Assembly (NCBI GenBank): GCA_965248445.1
Contig: CBDFJG010000003.1
Span: 1,312,001 to 1,376,000, forward strand
Length of the DNA stretch: 64,000 nucleotides
Direction: 5' to 3'
Source of the DNA: Planctomycetota bacterium
GTDB lineage: Bacteria; Planctomycetota; JAJSAM01; JAJVHW01
Below, piece by piece: positions 11,623 to 21,258 of the stretch. Position 1 is the first letter of the stretch. Each line of letters begins with the position of its first letter. Both the position numbers and the translations under genes were made by a program. The notes beneath the pieces were generated by a model. It searched no databases and was not told where the DNA came from. It worked only from the letters and a program-made list of their open reading frames with translations.

Positions 11623-12468
11623 ATGACGTTCGACGTCAGAGGTCCGCGGACCGCACGCCGCGGTGGATTCACACTGATCGAGTTGCTGGTCGTGATCGCG
11701 ATCATCGCGATCCTGATCGGACTGCTCTTGCCGGCCGTGCAGAAGGTGCGCGAGGCGGCCAGCCGCGCGGAGAGCACGAACAACCTCAAGCAACTCGCGA
11801 TTGCGGTACAGGGCTACGCGGATCAGAACTCGGGTCAGATCCCGACGGACCTGATCCAGGTCCGTCTGCCGACACCGTTCATCGTCGGTCCGGACGAGAC
11901 GTACCACGCCACCGGATACAGCTACAAGCTGGTGCCGACGACGGGCGGACCCAGCAGCGGCGACAACTGGATCGCCGTGGGCACGCCGACCTCCCAGAAG
12001 TCAGGCGCGTTCCTGCTGTCCATCGACCCGAACGGGCGCGTTCGCAGCAAGGGGCTGCGCGACAACAAGCGCGCGATCAAGAACGAGCTCAAGGGGATCC
12101 GCAAGACCGGCGAGCAGGGCATCGACCCGCTCTTGCTCTCGCCTCCGGTGACGCGGACCGCGAAGGCCGGGGCTGCCGGACGCAAGGAAGTCCGGACGCA
12201 GCTGAAGTCACTGGCAGCCCGTCGGGGCGTGTTCGACCACCTCGACATGAACCAGGACACGTACGTCTCGCTCCGGGAGCTCATGGACTTCGCCAATCCG
12301 GACGTGGCTCGGATGGTGACGATCGACGTGTCGCTCGCGCGGATGTTCGTTCAGACCGCGATCCAGCAGATGGAGTTCGGCGCCGGTTTCGAGGACGTCG
12401 ACGCGATCGGCGTGGACATCGACGGCAAACCGATGCCGCAGCGTCCGGGGCTGCCGGACGACCGGTAG
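11623..12468 (+). CDS. Prepilin-type N-terminal cleavage/methylation protein (DUF1559-like N-terminus)
   Basis: [47 protein letters not shown] before ATG 11623. Confidence 0.92.
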   Translation: MTFDVRGPRTARRGGFTLIELLVVIAIIAILIGLLLPAVQKVREAASRAESTNNLKQLAIAVQGYADQNSGQIPTDLIQVRLPTPFIVGPDETYHATGYSYKLVPTTGGPSSGDNWIAVGTPTSQKSGAFLLSIDPNGRVRSKGLRDNKRAIKNELKGIRKTGEQGIDPLLLSPPVTRTAKAGAAGRKEVRTQLKSLAARRGVFDHLDMNQDTYVSLRELMDFANPDVARMVTIDVSLARMFVQTAIQQMEFGAGFEDVDAIGVDIDGKPMPQRPGLPDDR

Positions 12469-12489
12469 GCGGATCAGACCGTTCGCTGA

Positions 12490-13866
12490 CTAGCGGTCCA
12501 GCCGCGAGCGGATGGCGCGCATGGTGCCGACGACCTCATCGATGGTGGGGTCGTCGCTGTGCGTCGTCTTGATGAAGCGGTCGTAGTGGGCGTACGCCTT
12601 CTTCAGATCCCGGTGCGTGGGCTCGCTCTGATAGAAGCGGCCAAGCGACAGATGCGCGGGGGCGTAGTCGGGCTCCTCCACGACGATGCGCTCGAGGATC
12701 GCCAGTTCCTTCTGCGGCGCGCGCTCCGGACGCTCGGCCAGCAGCACGACCAGGTTGTGAGCCGCCTCGACGTTCTCGGAGTCCAGATCCGCCGCGCGCT
12801 CAAAGCTCGCCACGGCCTCCGTGAGCATGCCCTGCGCGGCCTGCGCGCAACCGAGGTTGTAGTGACCTAGTGACGAGTCCGGCGCGAGCTTGACCTCGCT
12901 CTCGAACGCGGCGCGCGCTTCGTCGTAGCGCTCGCCGCGGTACAGCACGAGACCCAGGTTGTCATATGCCTTGGCCATCTCCGGCTCCTTGGCGAGACAC
13001 GCGCGCAGCACACGCTCCGCGGCGCGATCACTCTCGGTCAGGAAATACAGGACGCCCAGGTTGTTGAGCGTCTCGGCGTGATTCGGACGCATCGCATCGG
13101 CGTTCTGCAGGCACTCGAGGGCGCGCTCAATGTCACCCTTCCTGTAGGAGAAGATGCCCAGGTTGAACCACACCTCGGCCGTCGCACGGCCGGCGCCGAT
13201 CAGTTGCTTGAGCTTCACCTCGGCGACGGAGGCCCTGTTGCCCTCGAAGTCCATCACGGCGTTGTTCACGAGGGGCGACACGTAGGTCGGGTCGAGTTCT
13301 GCGGCCTGGGCCCAGTGGCGGGCCGCGACGTCGCGGCGGCCGATCTCGTAGTACCAAGCGCCGAGGTTGTTATGCGGCGCCGCGTACTTGGGGTCGAGCT
13401 CGATTGCCTTCTCGAACGACTGCGAGGCCTGCTCGCCTTCACCCAGCTTGTCGAGGGTAACTCCGCGGTTGTTGTGGGCGGGTGCGTACGAGGGGTTCAG
13501 CGTGACGGACCGATCGTAGGCAGCCAGCGCGCGGTCGTACTGGGCCATCTCGTCGAGAGAGGCGCCGAGGTTGTTCCAGGCCCGCGCATCGTTCGGCCGC
13601 AGCTTCACGACGTCCTCGTAGGCCGCCGCCGCTTTCTCGTGCTCGTTGCGCTCGGCCTCGGCCCACGCGACGCAGAAGCGCGCATCGGCGTGCCAGGGAT
13701 CGCCCTGGGGCACCATCTCGGCCGCGGCGATCGCCGCATCGAGGTCGCCCGACTTGGCCGCCTCGAGAGCGCGGTCAAGGTGGTTGCGAGCGTCGGCAGC
13801 AGCAGGGATCGCCAGGGCGAGCGTGAGCGCGCCGGCGAGCACTGAAAAGCGGGTGCGATGGGACAT
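12490..13866 (-). CDS. Secreted tetratricopeptide repeat protein
   Basis: Signal peptide, multiple NNLG/NNRG TPR units, GGAGG RBS. Confidence 0.9.
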   Translation of the reverse strand: MSHRTRFSVLAGALTLALAIPAAADARNHLDRALEAAKSGDLDAAIAAAEMVPQGDPWHADARFCVAWAEAERNEHEKAAAAYEDVVKLRPNDARAWNNLGASLDEMAQYDRALAAYDRSVTLNPSYAPAHNNRGVTLDKLGEGEQASQSFEKAIELDPKYAAPHNNLGAWYYEIGRRDVAARHWAQAAELDPTYVSPLVNNAVMDFEGNRASVAEVKLKQLIGAGRATAEVWFNLGIFSYRKGDIERALECLQNADAMRPNHAETLNNLGVLYFLTESDRAAERVLRACLAKEPEMAKAYDNLGLVLYRGERYDEARAAFESEVKLAPDSSLGHYNLGCAQAAQGMLTEAVASFERAADLDSENVEAAHNLVVLLAERPERAPQKELAILERIVVEEPDYAPAHLSLGRFYQSEPTHRDLKKAYAHYDRFIKTTHSDDPTIDEVVGTMRAIRSRLDR

Positions 13867-13988
13867 CAGGACCTCCGATCAATGCCAGCAGGGAAGGCAG
13901 CGCCACGGACGGAGCCTTCCCATCATCGTCATCGGCCGTGACCAGGCTCCCGCTGGACCCCGTTCCACACGCCCGCTCACGAGGCGAA

Positions 13989-14987
13989 TCAGGCCCAGTC
14001 GGTGTGGGCCGCGCGGTTCCGGACGAACCACCCGTGCAGGAGCTGCCGGTAGGTGTGCGGCGGATGCCCGATCCCGTCCCAGAACGGTCGGAGCAGGCGG
14101 TTCAGCCGCGGCAGGTTGTAGAGGGGCACGGACGGGAAGTAGTGATGCTCGAGATGGAGGTTCGAATTGAGGAACAAGAGGTTCACCAGGAGGCCGCCGT
14201 CCATGCGGGTCCCCCACTTGGCAGGGTTGGCCGGATCCACCCAGTAGTGCTGCCCGAGCCGGTTGACCATGAAGGCGACCGGGAACGCCAGGAACAGCGG
14301 CACGAGCCACACCCGAATCACCACGTCGCCGCCGAGCTGCGTCCAGAGCAGCGCCACGAGGGCGCCGTGCAGCAGGACGTTCGTAAGACGCTCGAGCGCG
14401 ATCGTGCGGCGGAGCGCGGGCGGGTAGGTCTTGGCCTCGGTCCCAGCCGCGCGTGCGTAGATCAGGAACAGCACCGGCGTCATGTAGAGCGCCTTCAGCC
14501 AGCGCGCGTTCCGCTTCGGCGAGAGGTGCGCGCGCTTGGGGTCCCTGTCGGTTGAGCCCAGTTCCTTGTGATGGTCCAGGTGCCAGCGGGAGAACTGCGT
14601 GGCGGCGATGGCGCTGGGCAGCGCATAAAGCCGGGCCAGCCACCGCTCCGCCACCGGCCGGCGGCGGCTGAACACGCAGCCGTGGATCACGTCGTGGAGC
14701 AGGATGATGAACGAGAGGACGACGAACCCCTGGAACACCGCTGCGGGCACCCAGATCCACGGCTCGGTGAAGCTGAAACCGGCCCAGCCCAGCGCACCCA
14801 GCAACACTGCCTGCCGCGCAGCGATCAGCGCGTGCCGGGCGGCGCTCCGGTGGTGGAGATCGCGCAGGGCGTCGTGGTCGAGCGCCCCGCGCAGACGGTG
14901 GGCCAGGTCGCCGCGATGGGCGTGGAAGTAGCCGCGTGAGGGGGCGCCGGCAACCGGCGGTTCGGGAGGAGCCTCAGCGGCCGTCAT
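13989..14987 (-). CDS. Fatty acid desaturase family protein
   Basis: Three histidine boxes HDVIH, HLDHH and HLEHH, plus TM segments. Confidence 0.9.
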   Translation of the reverse strand: MTAAEAPPEPPVAGAPSRGYFHAHRGDLAHRLRGALDHDALRDLHHRSAARHALIAARQAVLLGALGWAGFSFTEPWIWVPAAVFQGFVVLSFIILLHDVIHGCVFSRRRPVAERWLARLYALPSAIAATQFSRWHLDHHKELGSTDRDPKRAHLSPKRNARWLKALYMTPVLFLIYARAAGTEAKTYPPALRRTIALERLTNVLLHGALVALLWTQLGGDVVIRVWLVPLFLAFPVAFMVNRLGQHYWVDPANPAKWGTRMDGGLLVNLLFLNSNLHLEHHYFPSVPLYNLPRLNRLLRPFWDGIGHPPHTYRQLLHGWFVRNRAAHTDWA

Positions 14988-15004
14988 CGCGCTCAGTCTA
15001 CTGA

Positions 15005-15286
15005 GCGCGTTTCAGAGTTGGCGGCGAACCACGATCGTCCGAGGCCGAAGCGCCGCAACGAGGGCCGACGAGGAGGGTCCGTAGACCCGCCCAGGAGGCA
15101 CGAGGCAGTGCCGCGAGCCCTGGGACGACCTGCCAAGGACGCAGCGGAAGGCTGCGTCCCGCGCGGCGACGACGGCCGGAGTCGAAGCGCGCCGGAGTGC
15201 GTGCACGTCAGCGTACGGCGCGCCGGCGCCGCGATGCGGGAGGCTGACGGCGCCATGTCGTGGTCGCCGCCAACTCTGAATCGCGC
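15005..15286. mobile_element. 282-bp non-coding element with ~30-bp imperfect terminal inverted repeats (MITE-like or structured RNA)
   Basis: GCGCGTTTCAGAGTTGGCGGCGAACCACGA (15005-15034) versus TCGTGGTCGCCGCCAACTCTGAATCGCGC (15258-15286); internal hairpin GGACGCAGC-GGAAG-GCTGCGTCC. Confidence 0.6.
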
Positions 15287-15338
15287 GGTGACTGCCCGGG
15301 TCACGTTTCGACTCCCCGAAGGGGTATCCTCGCCCTCC

Positions 15339-15980
15339 ATGACGCCGCTCGGCGCCGCCGCCCTCGCGCTCTTCGGGTCCTACCTGATCGGATCCCTGCC
15401 GTTCGGGCTGATCCTCGCGCGCATCGTGGCCGGCGTAGATCCGCGTCGCGCCGGCAGCGGCAACGTGGGGGCGACCAACGTCGCCCGTCTCGCGGGCAAG
15501 AAGTGGTTCCCCGTCGTGTTCCTGCTCGACGCCGCGAAGGGGTTCATCCCCCCCATCTTCATCGCGGGTCTGGCTCCGGTCGGCGAGGGCTGGGCGGACA
15601 TCCTGGCGGTCGGCTGCGCCGGGGCCGCGGTCCTCGGACACATCTACAGCGTGTTCCTGGTGTTCAGCGGCGGAAAGGGCGTGGCAACCGCATGCGGTTC
15701 GCTCGCCGCGCTGGCGCCGAAACCGCTGCTCGGTGCGCTCGGCGTGTTCGTGCTGGTGCTGCTGTTCTCCCGCTGGGTCAGCCTCGCCTCGATGCTGGCC
15801 GCACTGGCGCTGCCGGCGATTGCGTGGTGGCTGGAGGCGCCGACGGAGATCATCGCCCTCTCGATGGCGCTGGCCATCGTGATCGTGGTCCGCCATCGCA
15901 GCAATGCAGTGCGGATCATCCGCGGAAACGAGCCGCGGGTGGATGCCCCGACGGAGACCGAGGAACCGACGCATGTCTGA
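15339..15980 (+). CDS. plsY: Glycerol-3-phosphate acyltransferase PlsY
   Basis: SYLIGSLPFG, GSGNVGATNVAR, FSGGKGVAT and RHRSN motifs. Confidence 0.95.
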   Translation: MTPLGAAALALFGSYLIGSLPFGLILARIVAGVDPRRAGSGNVGATNVARLAGKKWFPVVFLLDAAKGFIPPIFIAGLAPVGEGWADILAVGCAGAAVLGHIYSVFLVFSGGKGVATACGSLAALAPKPLLGALGVFVLVLLFSRWVSLASMLAALALPAIAWWLEAPTEIIALSMALAIVIVVRHRSNAVRIIRGNEPRVDAPTETEEPTHV

Positions 15981-16980
15981 CGCCTTCAAGACGGTCGGTG
16001 TGCTCGGCAACGGCGGCTGGGGCACGGCGCTCGCGATCGTGAGTCTCCGCAACGGCGCAGAGACGCGGCAGTGGGGAATCGAGGACGAGTACGTCGCGGA
16101 GTGCGCGAAGAAACGCACCAATCCGCGCTACCTCGCCGGCGTGGAACTGCCTGACGAGCTGTTGCTCACGAGCAACTCCGAAGAAGCGTTCCAGGGGATC
16201 GACCTGCTCGTGAGCGTGGTGCCGACGCAGTACCTCGCGGCGACCCTCGACCTGGTGCTCGAGCACGTTCCCGCAGGCGTGCCGGTCCTCTCGTGCAGCA
16301 AGGGCATCGAACGCAGGACGCAGCGGCGCCCCACCGAGGTGCTGGCGACCGCGCTTCCGCGCCATCCGCTCGGCGTCCTCTCCGGACCCAACCACGCCGA
16401 GGAGGTGGCGATCGGCCGCCCGGCGACGGCCGTTGTCGCGAGCAAGGACGCCGACATGGCGCAGAGCGCGCAACGGCTGTTCTCCGATCCGCGCTTCCGC
16501 CTCTACGCCACGGATGACGTTCTGGGTGTGGAACTCGCGGCCGCGGTGAAGAACGTCATCGCGCTCGCCGCGGGAATGGTGGACGGCCTCGAACTCGGCG
16601 ACAACGCGAAGGCCGCGCTCATCACACGCGGCGCCGCCGAGATGTCGCGCCTCGGCGTCGCGCTGGGCGCACGCCAGGAGACGTTCTCGGGACTCGCGGG
16701 CATCGGCGACCTGATCGCGACGTGCGTGTCGCCCCACGGCCGCAACCGCGGCGTCGGCGAACGCCTGGGTCGCGGCGAGTCGCTCGACGACATCCTCGCG
16801 TCGATGGTGCAGGTCGTCGAGGGCATCGCAACAACGCGCGGCGTCATCGAACTCGCGCACGCGCACGACGTCGAACTTCCGATCTGCCAGGCGGTGCAGC
16901 GCATCCTTTACGACGGTCTGTCCCCCGCCGGCGCGCTCGACGAGTTGATGACCCGCGAACTGCGGGATGAACGCGAGTAG
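15973..16980 (+). CDS. gpsA: NAD(P)H-dependent glycerol-3-phosphate dehydrogenase
   Basis: GNGGWGTALA, SKGIE, LSGPNHAEEV, KNVIALAAG, GLAGIGDLIATC..GRNR. Confidence 0.96.
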   Translation: MSDAFKTVGVLGNGGWGTALAIVSLRNGAETRQWGIEDEYVAECAKKRTNPRYLAGVELPDELLLTSNSEEAFQGIDLLVSVVPTQYLAATLDLVLEHVPAGVPVLSCSKGIERRTQRRPTEVLATALPRHPLGVLSGPNHAEEVAIGRPATAVVASKDADMAQSAQRLFSDPRFRLYATDDVLGVELAAAVKNVIALAAGMVDGLELGDNAKAALITRGAAEMSRLGVALGARQETFSGLAGIGDLIATCVSPHGRNRGVGERLGRGESLDDILASMVQVVEGIATTRGVIELAHAHDVELPICQAVQRILYDGLSPAGALDELMTRELRDERE

Positions 16981-17374
16981 CCCCCCACCGCCGACCCGTC
17001 CACGCCGCTGGTGGCACGGGTTGCGGTGGATCACGGTGATCGTCCTGGTACCCGCTGTTCCGCTGCTGATCGCTGCTCCGCAGGCGACGGCAACGATCAC
17101 CATCGGCGCGAGCATTGTGGTGACGCCGGTGGGACAGGAAGTCCCGGGGGAGCCCGTCTACGAGACCGTCGAGGCGCGAACCGAGCTGCGGCGACGGGAC
17201 GGACTCGAGGTCTGGTTCCCCGCGCTACCGCCCTCCCGCGTCTGGCACGCTCCGCAGTGGTGGTCAGGGGAGTGCATGTTTCGCGACTGCTCCCGCTCTC
17301 CCAGGCACAAACGCGGTCGCGACGGCGACGCCGATCTGACGGACCGTTTGGCCCAGTGGCTCCGTCGGAGATGA
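16967..17374 (+). CDS. Hypothetical membrane-anchored protein
   Basis: Fills the gap between gpsA and the next gene with tight junctions; one hydrophobic segment. Confidence 0.45.
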   Translation: MNASSPPPPTRPRRWWHGLRWITVIVLVPAVPLLIAAPQATATITIGASIVVTPVGQEVPGEPVYETVEARTELRRRDGLEVWFPALPPSRVWHAPQWWSGECMFRDCSRSPRHKRGRDGDADLTDRLAQWLRRR

Positions 17375-17375
17375 T

Positions 17376-19784
17376 GTGCAGATGAAGCAGAGCCTCCGCC
17401 TCACCCTCGCGCTCGTCCTTGCAAGCCTCCTGGTCGGCGTCCCGGACGCGGCCCATGGCGACATGAAGGAGCTCGGCAAGAAGCTCAAGAGCAAGGACGT
17501 GTCCGAGCGCCTCGAGGCGGTCGCCGACCTCAGGTCCGAGAAGGGTGAAGAGGTCACGAAGCTCCTGATCAGCGCCCTCGACGACAGGGACTGGGAGGTC
17601 ATGGAGGAAGCCGTCACGGCGCTCGGCGAGGTCGGTGGCGACGACGCGCCGGACGCCCTGGCGAAGATGGCGCTGACCGGTCCGGTGCGCCGGGTGCGCA
17701 TCGCCGCTGCGAGGGCGCTCGTCAAGACCGAGCCGTTCATCGGAGCGGAGGCGCTCTCGAAGAAGGTGTCGGGCAAGAACGCGGAGCGGGCGTGCGAGGC
17801 GCTCGCCATCATCGCGCTGGGCGCGCCGGACGCACGCGACGGCGCCGCACCGGGCATCCGCCGCGGGCTCAAGAACGCCGCGAGCGAGGTCAAACGCTCG
17901 GCCGCCCGCGGGCTGATCGCGCTGCCGTCCGACGAGCGGTCGGAAGCGCTGACGAAGCTGCTCGGCGACGAGGACGTAGCGGTCGTGACAGCAGTGATCG
18001 ACGGCGTGCGTGCCGCACCGGACATCGAGCACATCCAGCCGCTCATCGCGGCGATGCAGGAGAAGGACGTGCTCGACATCGTGGAGCGCCGGCTGCGGGC
18101 CGCGCTGCGCGACATGGTGGCGACTCAGGACACCGTCGAGATGGCGACCGAAGCCGCCGGGCCCGTCGCTGACGCACTCGGCTGGGCCGCCACACCGGAA
18201 GCCGCGGCGCGACTGACGCGCACAATCGGCTGGATCGCCCGCGATCCGGTGCAGGAGGGCATGACCGGCGAACTTCTCGAAGAGGCGAAGAAGCGGGAGC
18301 GTCTGGTGGATCCGCAGTGGGCGGTGGACGTTCTCGCGAGGGTGCTCGAGCACGACGACCCGGCGCCCCGCTCCGCTGCCGCCCACGCGCTGGCAGGGAT
18401 CCGCACCGACGCGGCACTGGACCTCGCAGCCGCGACGGCAACGGCGGATCAGGACCCCCGCGTGCGTCTGCACGCACTCCGCGCGGTGACCAAGAACCGC
18501 GGCGTGCTGCACGACGGCACCCGCACGCTGGCGTCCTCGCGCCTCGAGTACGACGACAGCGCGCGCGTCCGCGAGCACGCGGCCGTCGCCCTCGGCACGA
18601 AGGGCGCCCCCGGTGTCGTTCCGATCCTCGAGAAGGCACTCAAGGACTCGGACTGGTCGGTGCGCGTCTGCGCCGCCGTCTCCCTCGGCAAGACGCAGGA
18701 TCCGGACGCACTGGCACCCCTCACGGTCTGGCTCGAGAAGGAGAAGGACTGGCGGCACCGCGGTGCGGCGGTCATCGGTCTCGGACATCTGCAGATGCGC
18801 GAGGCCGTGCAGCACATCATCGCGTCGCTGGGACTCAAGGACACGGCGATCGCGCGCAGCGCTTACGAGATCCTGCGCCGTCTGACCGAGAAGGAGATCC
18901 CGCCGAGGGTGCCCGCGTGGCGCGACTGGTGGGAGGCCAACGGCAAGGACTACGAGTTCCTGGATCTCGAAGAGGAAGCGCGGAAGGCCAAAAAGTTCGG
19001 CTACGCGCCGGACCGGCGCGGCGTGTACGAGGGTCAGGACATCATCGTCCTGCAGAGCCGCGGCGACCACATCGAGCAATTGCTCGAGCGCATCGACATC
19101 GAGCACCGGCTGTCCCGCGCGGGCAGCGTCGAGAAGTCGGAACTGCACCCGTACGCCGTGTTCGTGTCCAACTGCACGGGCGAGATCACCTCCGAGGACG
19201 TCGAACGGTTGGCGTGGTTCGTACGCGTCGGCGGCTATCTGTTCTGCTCGTGCTGGGCGCTGAAGCACACGGCAGAGCTGGTTTACCCCGGCATGGTGCA
19301 GAAATTCGCGACCAAGGGCGGCCAGGTGCTCGACAACGTGTATTCGGAAGAGTGCCCCACCGACAGCCCGTACATCGATGGCGTGTTCGACGGCGTCACC
19401 CGCCCGATTTACGTGCTCTACGGTGCGCACCTGATCGAAGTACTCGATCCCGAGGGCGTCGAGGTGCTCATCGACAGCCCCGACTGCGCGACGCGCTGGG
19501 GCGGCGGCAACCTGGCGGCGTGGTTCGACGCGGGCCACGGCACGATCCTCGACTCCGCCAACCACTTCGACCTGCAGGGACTCGAGAAGGCGATGGGCGT
19601 CAAGGGCATCGAAGGCCGCAAGGCGTACGCCATGGACCACATGGGTCTCAGCTACGACGACGTGCGCGCGATCCCGGACAAGGTCTGGAAGAGCGGCACC
19701 AAGGCGAACAAGGAGGCCCGCGACATGTCGGCCTTCCGCCTCATCACCAACTTCGTGCGCCAGAAGCGGCGCGAGAATCGATAG
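17376..19784 (+). CDS. Secreted HEAT-repeat protein with a C-terminal alpha/beta domain
   Basis: Signal peptide, repeated LxDxDxxVRxxAAxALG units, WRDWW motif, strong GC3 bias. Confidence 0.85.
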   Translation: MQMKQSLRLTLALVLASLLVGVPDAAHGDMKELGKKLKSKDVSERLEAVADLRSEKGEEVTKLLISALDDRDWEVMEEAVTALGEVGGDDAPDALAKMALTGPVRRVRIAAARALVKTEPFIGAEALSKKVSGKNAERACEALAIIALGAPDARDGAAPGIRRGLKNAASEVKRSAARGLIALPSDERSEALTKLLGDEDVAVVTAVIDGVRAAPDIEHIQPLIAAMQEKDVLDIVERRLRAALRDMVATQDTVEMATEAAGPVADALGWAATPEAAARLTRTIGWIARDPVQEGMTGELLEEAKKRERLVDPQWAVDVLARVLEHDDPAPRSAAAHALAGIRTDAALDLAAATATADQDPRVRLHALRAVTKNRGVLHDGTRTLASSRLEYDDSARVREHAAVALGTKGAPGVVPILEKALKDSDWSVRVCAAVSLGKTQDPDALAPLTVWLEKEKDWRHRGAAVIGLGHLQMREAVQHIIASLGLKDTAIARSAYEILRRLTEKEIPPRVPAWRDWWEANGKDYEFLDLEEEARKAKKFGYAPDRRGVYEGQDIIVLQSRGDHIEQLLERIDIEHRLSRAGSVEKSELHPYAVFVSNCTGEITSEDVERLAWFVRVGGYLFCSCWALKHTAELVYPGMVQKFATKGGQVLDNVYSEECPTDSPYIDGVFDGVTRPIYVLYGAHLIEVLDPEGVEVLIDSPDCATRWGGGNLAAWFDAGHGTILDSANHFDLQGLEKAMGVKGIEGRKAYAMDHMGLSYDDVRAIPDKVWKSGTKANKEARDMSAFRLITNFVRQKRRENR

Positions 19785-19793
19785 GACCCCCTC

Positions 19794-20648
19794 ATGCGCC
19801 GCACAGCTCTGGCGCTCGCACTCGGCGCCATGATCGCGACTCCGGGATGCCTGAAGCTCAAGGACCGCACGATCGTGCTCCCCGACGGTTCCGGGAAGAT
19901 CGAGATGCGCGTCGGCTTCCCGAACTCCTCGATGAAGGAGATGCACAAGGTCTCGGAGGAGGAGAGCTTTGATCTGGCCGCGGAGCAGCTGAAGCAGATG
20001 CGCCGTGACTGGAAGGGGTTCAGCGCCTTCACGCGCCCGGTCAAGTCCGAGGACGGCGGCTGGACGTACGTGACGTTCGACGCCTACTTCGACGACCTGA
20101 ACGCGGTGCAGGTCTGGAAGGAAGACTTGACCACGGAGGAGCGCGTCCTGCAGAAGTCGTTCGAACTCGAGGCAATCGAGGGCGGCGGATTCGACCTCAC
20201 CTTCCGCCACCAGACGCTCGTGGACATCACGGCGAAGTTCGCGAAGCAGGCGGACGAGCGCAGCGGCGACATGTCCGAAGAGGATCGCCGCACGGCGAAG
20301 GTCCTGACCGACGCGATGCGCCTGGCGTTCGACGGGCTCGCACTCGACTTCGCGGTCGAGATGCCGGGCGACGTCACGCGGGCGACGGGTTTCTCGAACA
20401 CCACCACCGGTTCCGCGGCGCTGCACGTCACCCTCGACGACCTTCTCGACGAGAAGAAGGTGAAGAAGCTCGCCGAGGTGAAAGAGCTGACCGTTCGCTG
20501 CGGCCCCTCGAACTGGAAGAAGTCCGACATCGAGGACTTCAAGGAGGAGCTCGCGGACGCGAAGGCGGAGTGGAAGAAGCTCCTGGCCGAGGTCGAGGCC
20601 AAGGAGAAGTCCGACAAGGTTCCCGCCGGGGCCGGAGGCGGCAAGTAG
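19794..20648 (+). CDS. Hypothetical lipoprotein
   Basis: Lipobox-like TPGC, then IVLPDGSGK and VEMPGDV motifs; coding-like codon bias. Confidence 0.75.
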   Translation: MRRTALALALGAMIATPGCLKLKDRTIVLPDGSGKIEMRVGFPNSSMKEMHKVSEEESFDLAAEQLKQMRRDWKGFSAFTRPVKSEDGGWTYVTFDAYFDDLNAVQVWKEDLTTEERVLQKSFELEAIEGGGFDLTFRHQTLVDITAKFAKQADERSGDMSEEDRRTAKVLTDAMRLAFDGLALDFAVEMPGDVTRATGFSNTTTGSAALHVTLDDLLDEKKVKKLAEVKELTVRCGPSNWKKSDIEDFKEELADAKAEWKKLLAEVEAKEKSDKVPAGAGGGK

Positions 20649-20674
20649 CCCCTCGGCGGAATTCCGAGATCGCC

Positions 20675-20703
20675 GCAAACCGCGGCCCCCCGTTTCGCGT
20701 CTA
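20675..20703 (+). promoter_or_regulatory. Candidate ECF autoregulatory promoter
   Basis: GCAAAC-N17-CGTCTA (AAC...CGT ECF consensus), 9 nt upstream of the ECF start codon. Confidence 0.6.
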
Positions 20704-20712
20704 GGCCGGCAG

Positions 20713-21240
20713 ATGGAGTCCGGAGACGACCCCCTCACGGCCCGCTTCAAGGCGCTCGGCGAGCGCCTGATGGGCACGGCGTACTTCGCCGTGGGACATC
20801 GCGAAGACGCGCGTGAGGTCGTCCAGGAAGCGTTCGTCCGCTGCTGGCGGCACCGCAAGAAGGTGCCGGAGCTGCGCGACCTCGACGCCTGGATCTTCTC
20901 CGTGCTCCTGAACACGGCTCGGGACCGGCGGCGGCGCAATCGCGTCCGCCGCTCCGAGTCGCTGCCGACGGAGGACGCGATGCCACAGGCCACTGACAAT
21001 CCGGTCCGCCGCGCCGGCGCCCGCGAGGCGCTCGGACGTGTTCGGGCCGCGATCCACACGCTCCCCGAAGCGGAGCGTGAGGTGTTCCTGCTGCGCCAGA
21101 ACGGGGACGCGACGTACGAGCGCATCGCCGAACTGGTGGGCTGCCCCGTCGGAACCGCCAAGACGAGGATGCGCTCTGCACTGATCCGCTTGCGCCGGGC
21201 AATGGAGCCCGCGCGCGGTGCGGTCGGGCGGGGCGCCTGA
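20713..21240 (+). CDS. ECF RNA polymerase sigma factor
   Basis: EDAREVVQEAF, AWIFSVLLN, LPEAEREVFLL, YERIAELVGCPVGTAKTRMRSA. Confidence 0.95.
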   Translation: MESGDDPLTARFKALGERLMGTAYFAVGHREDAREVVQEAFVRCWRHRKKVPELRDLDAWIFSVLLNTARDRRRRNRVRRSESLPTEDAMPQATDNPVRRAGAREALGRVRAAIHTLPEAEREVFLLRQNGDATYERIAELVGCPVGTAKTRMRSALIRLRRAMEPARGAVGRGA

Positions 21241-21258
21241 CGCCCAGGAGGTCCGACG

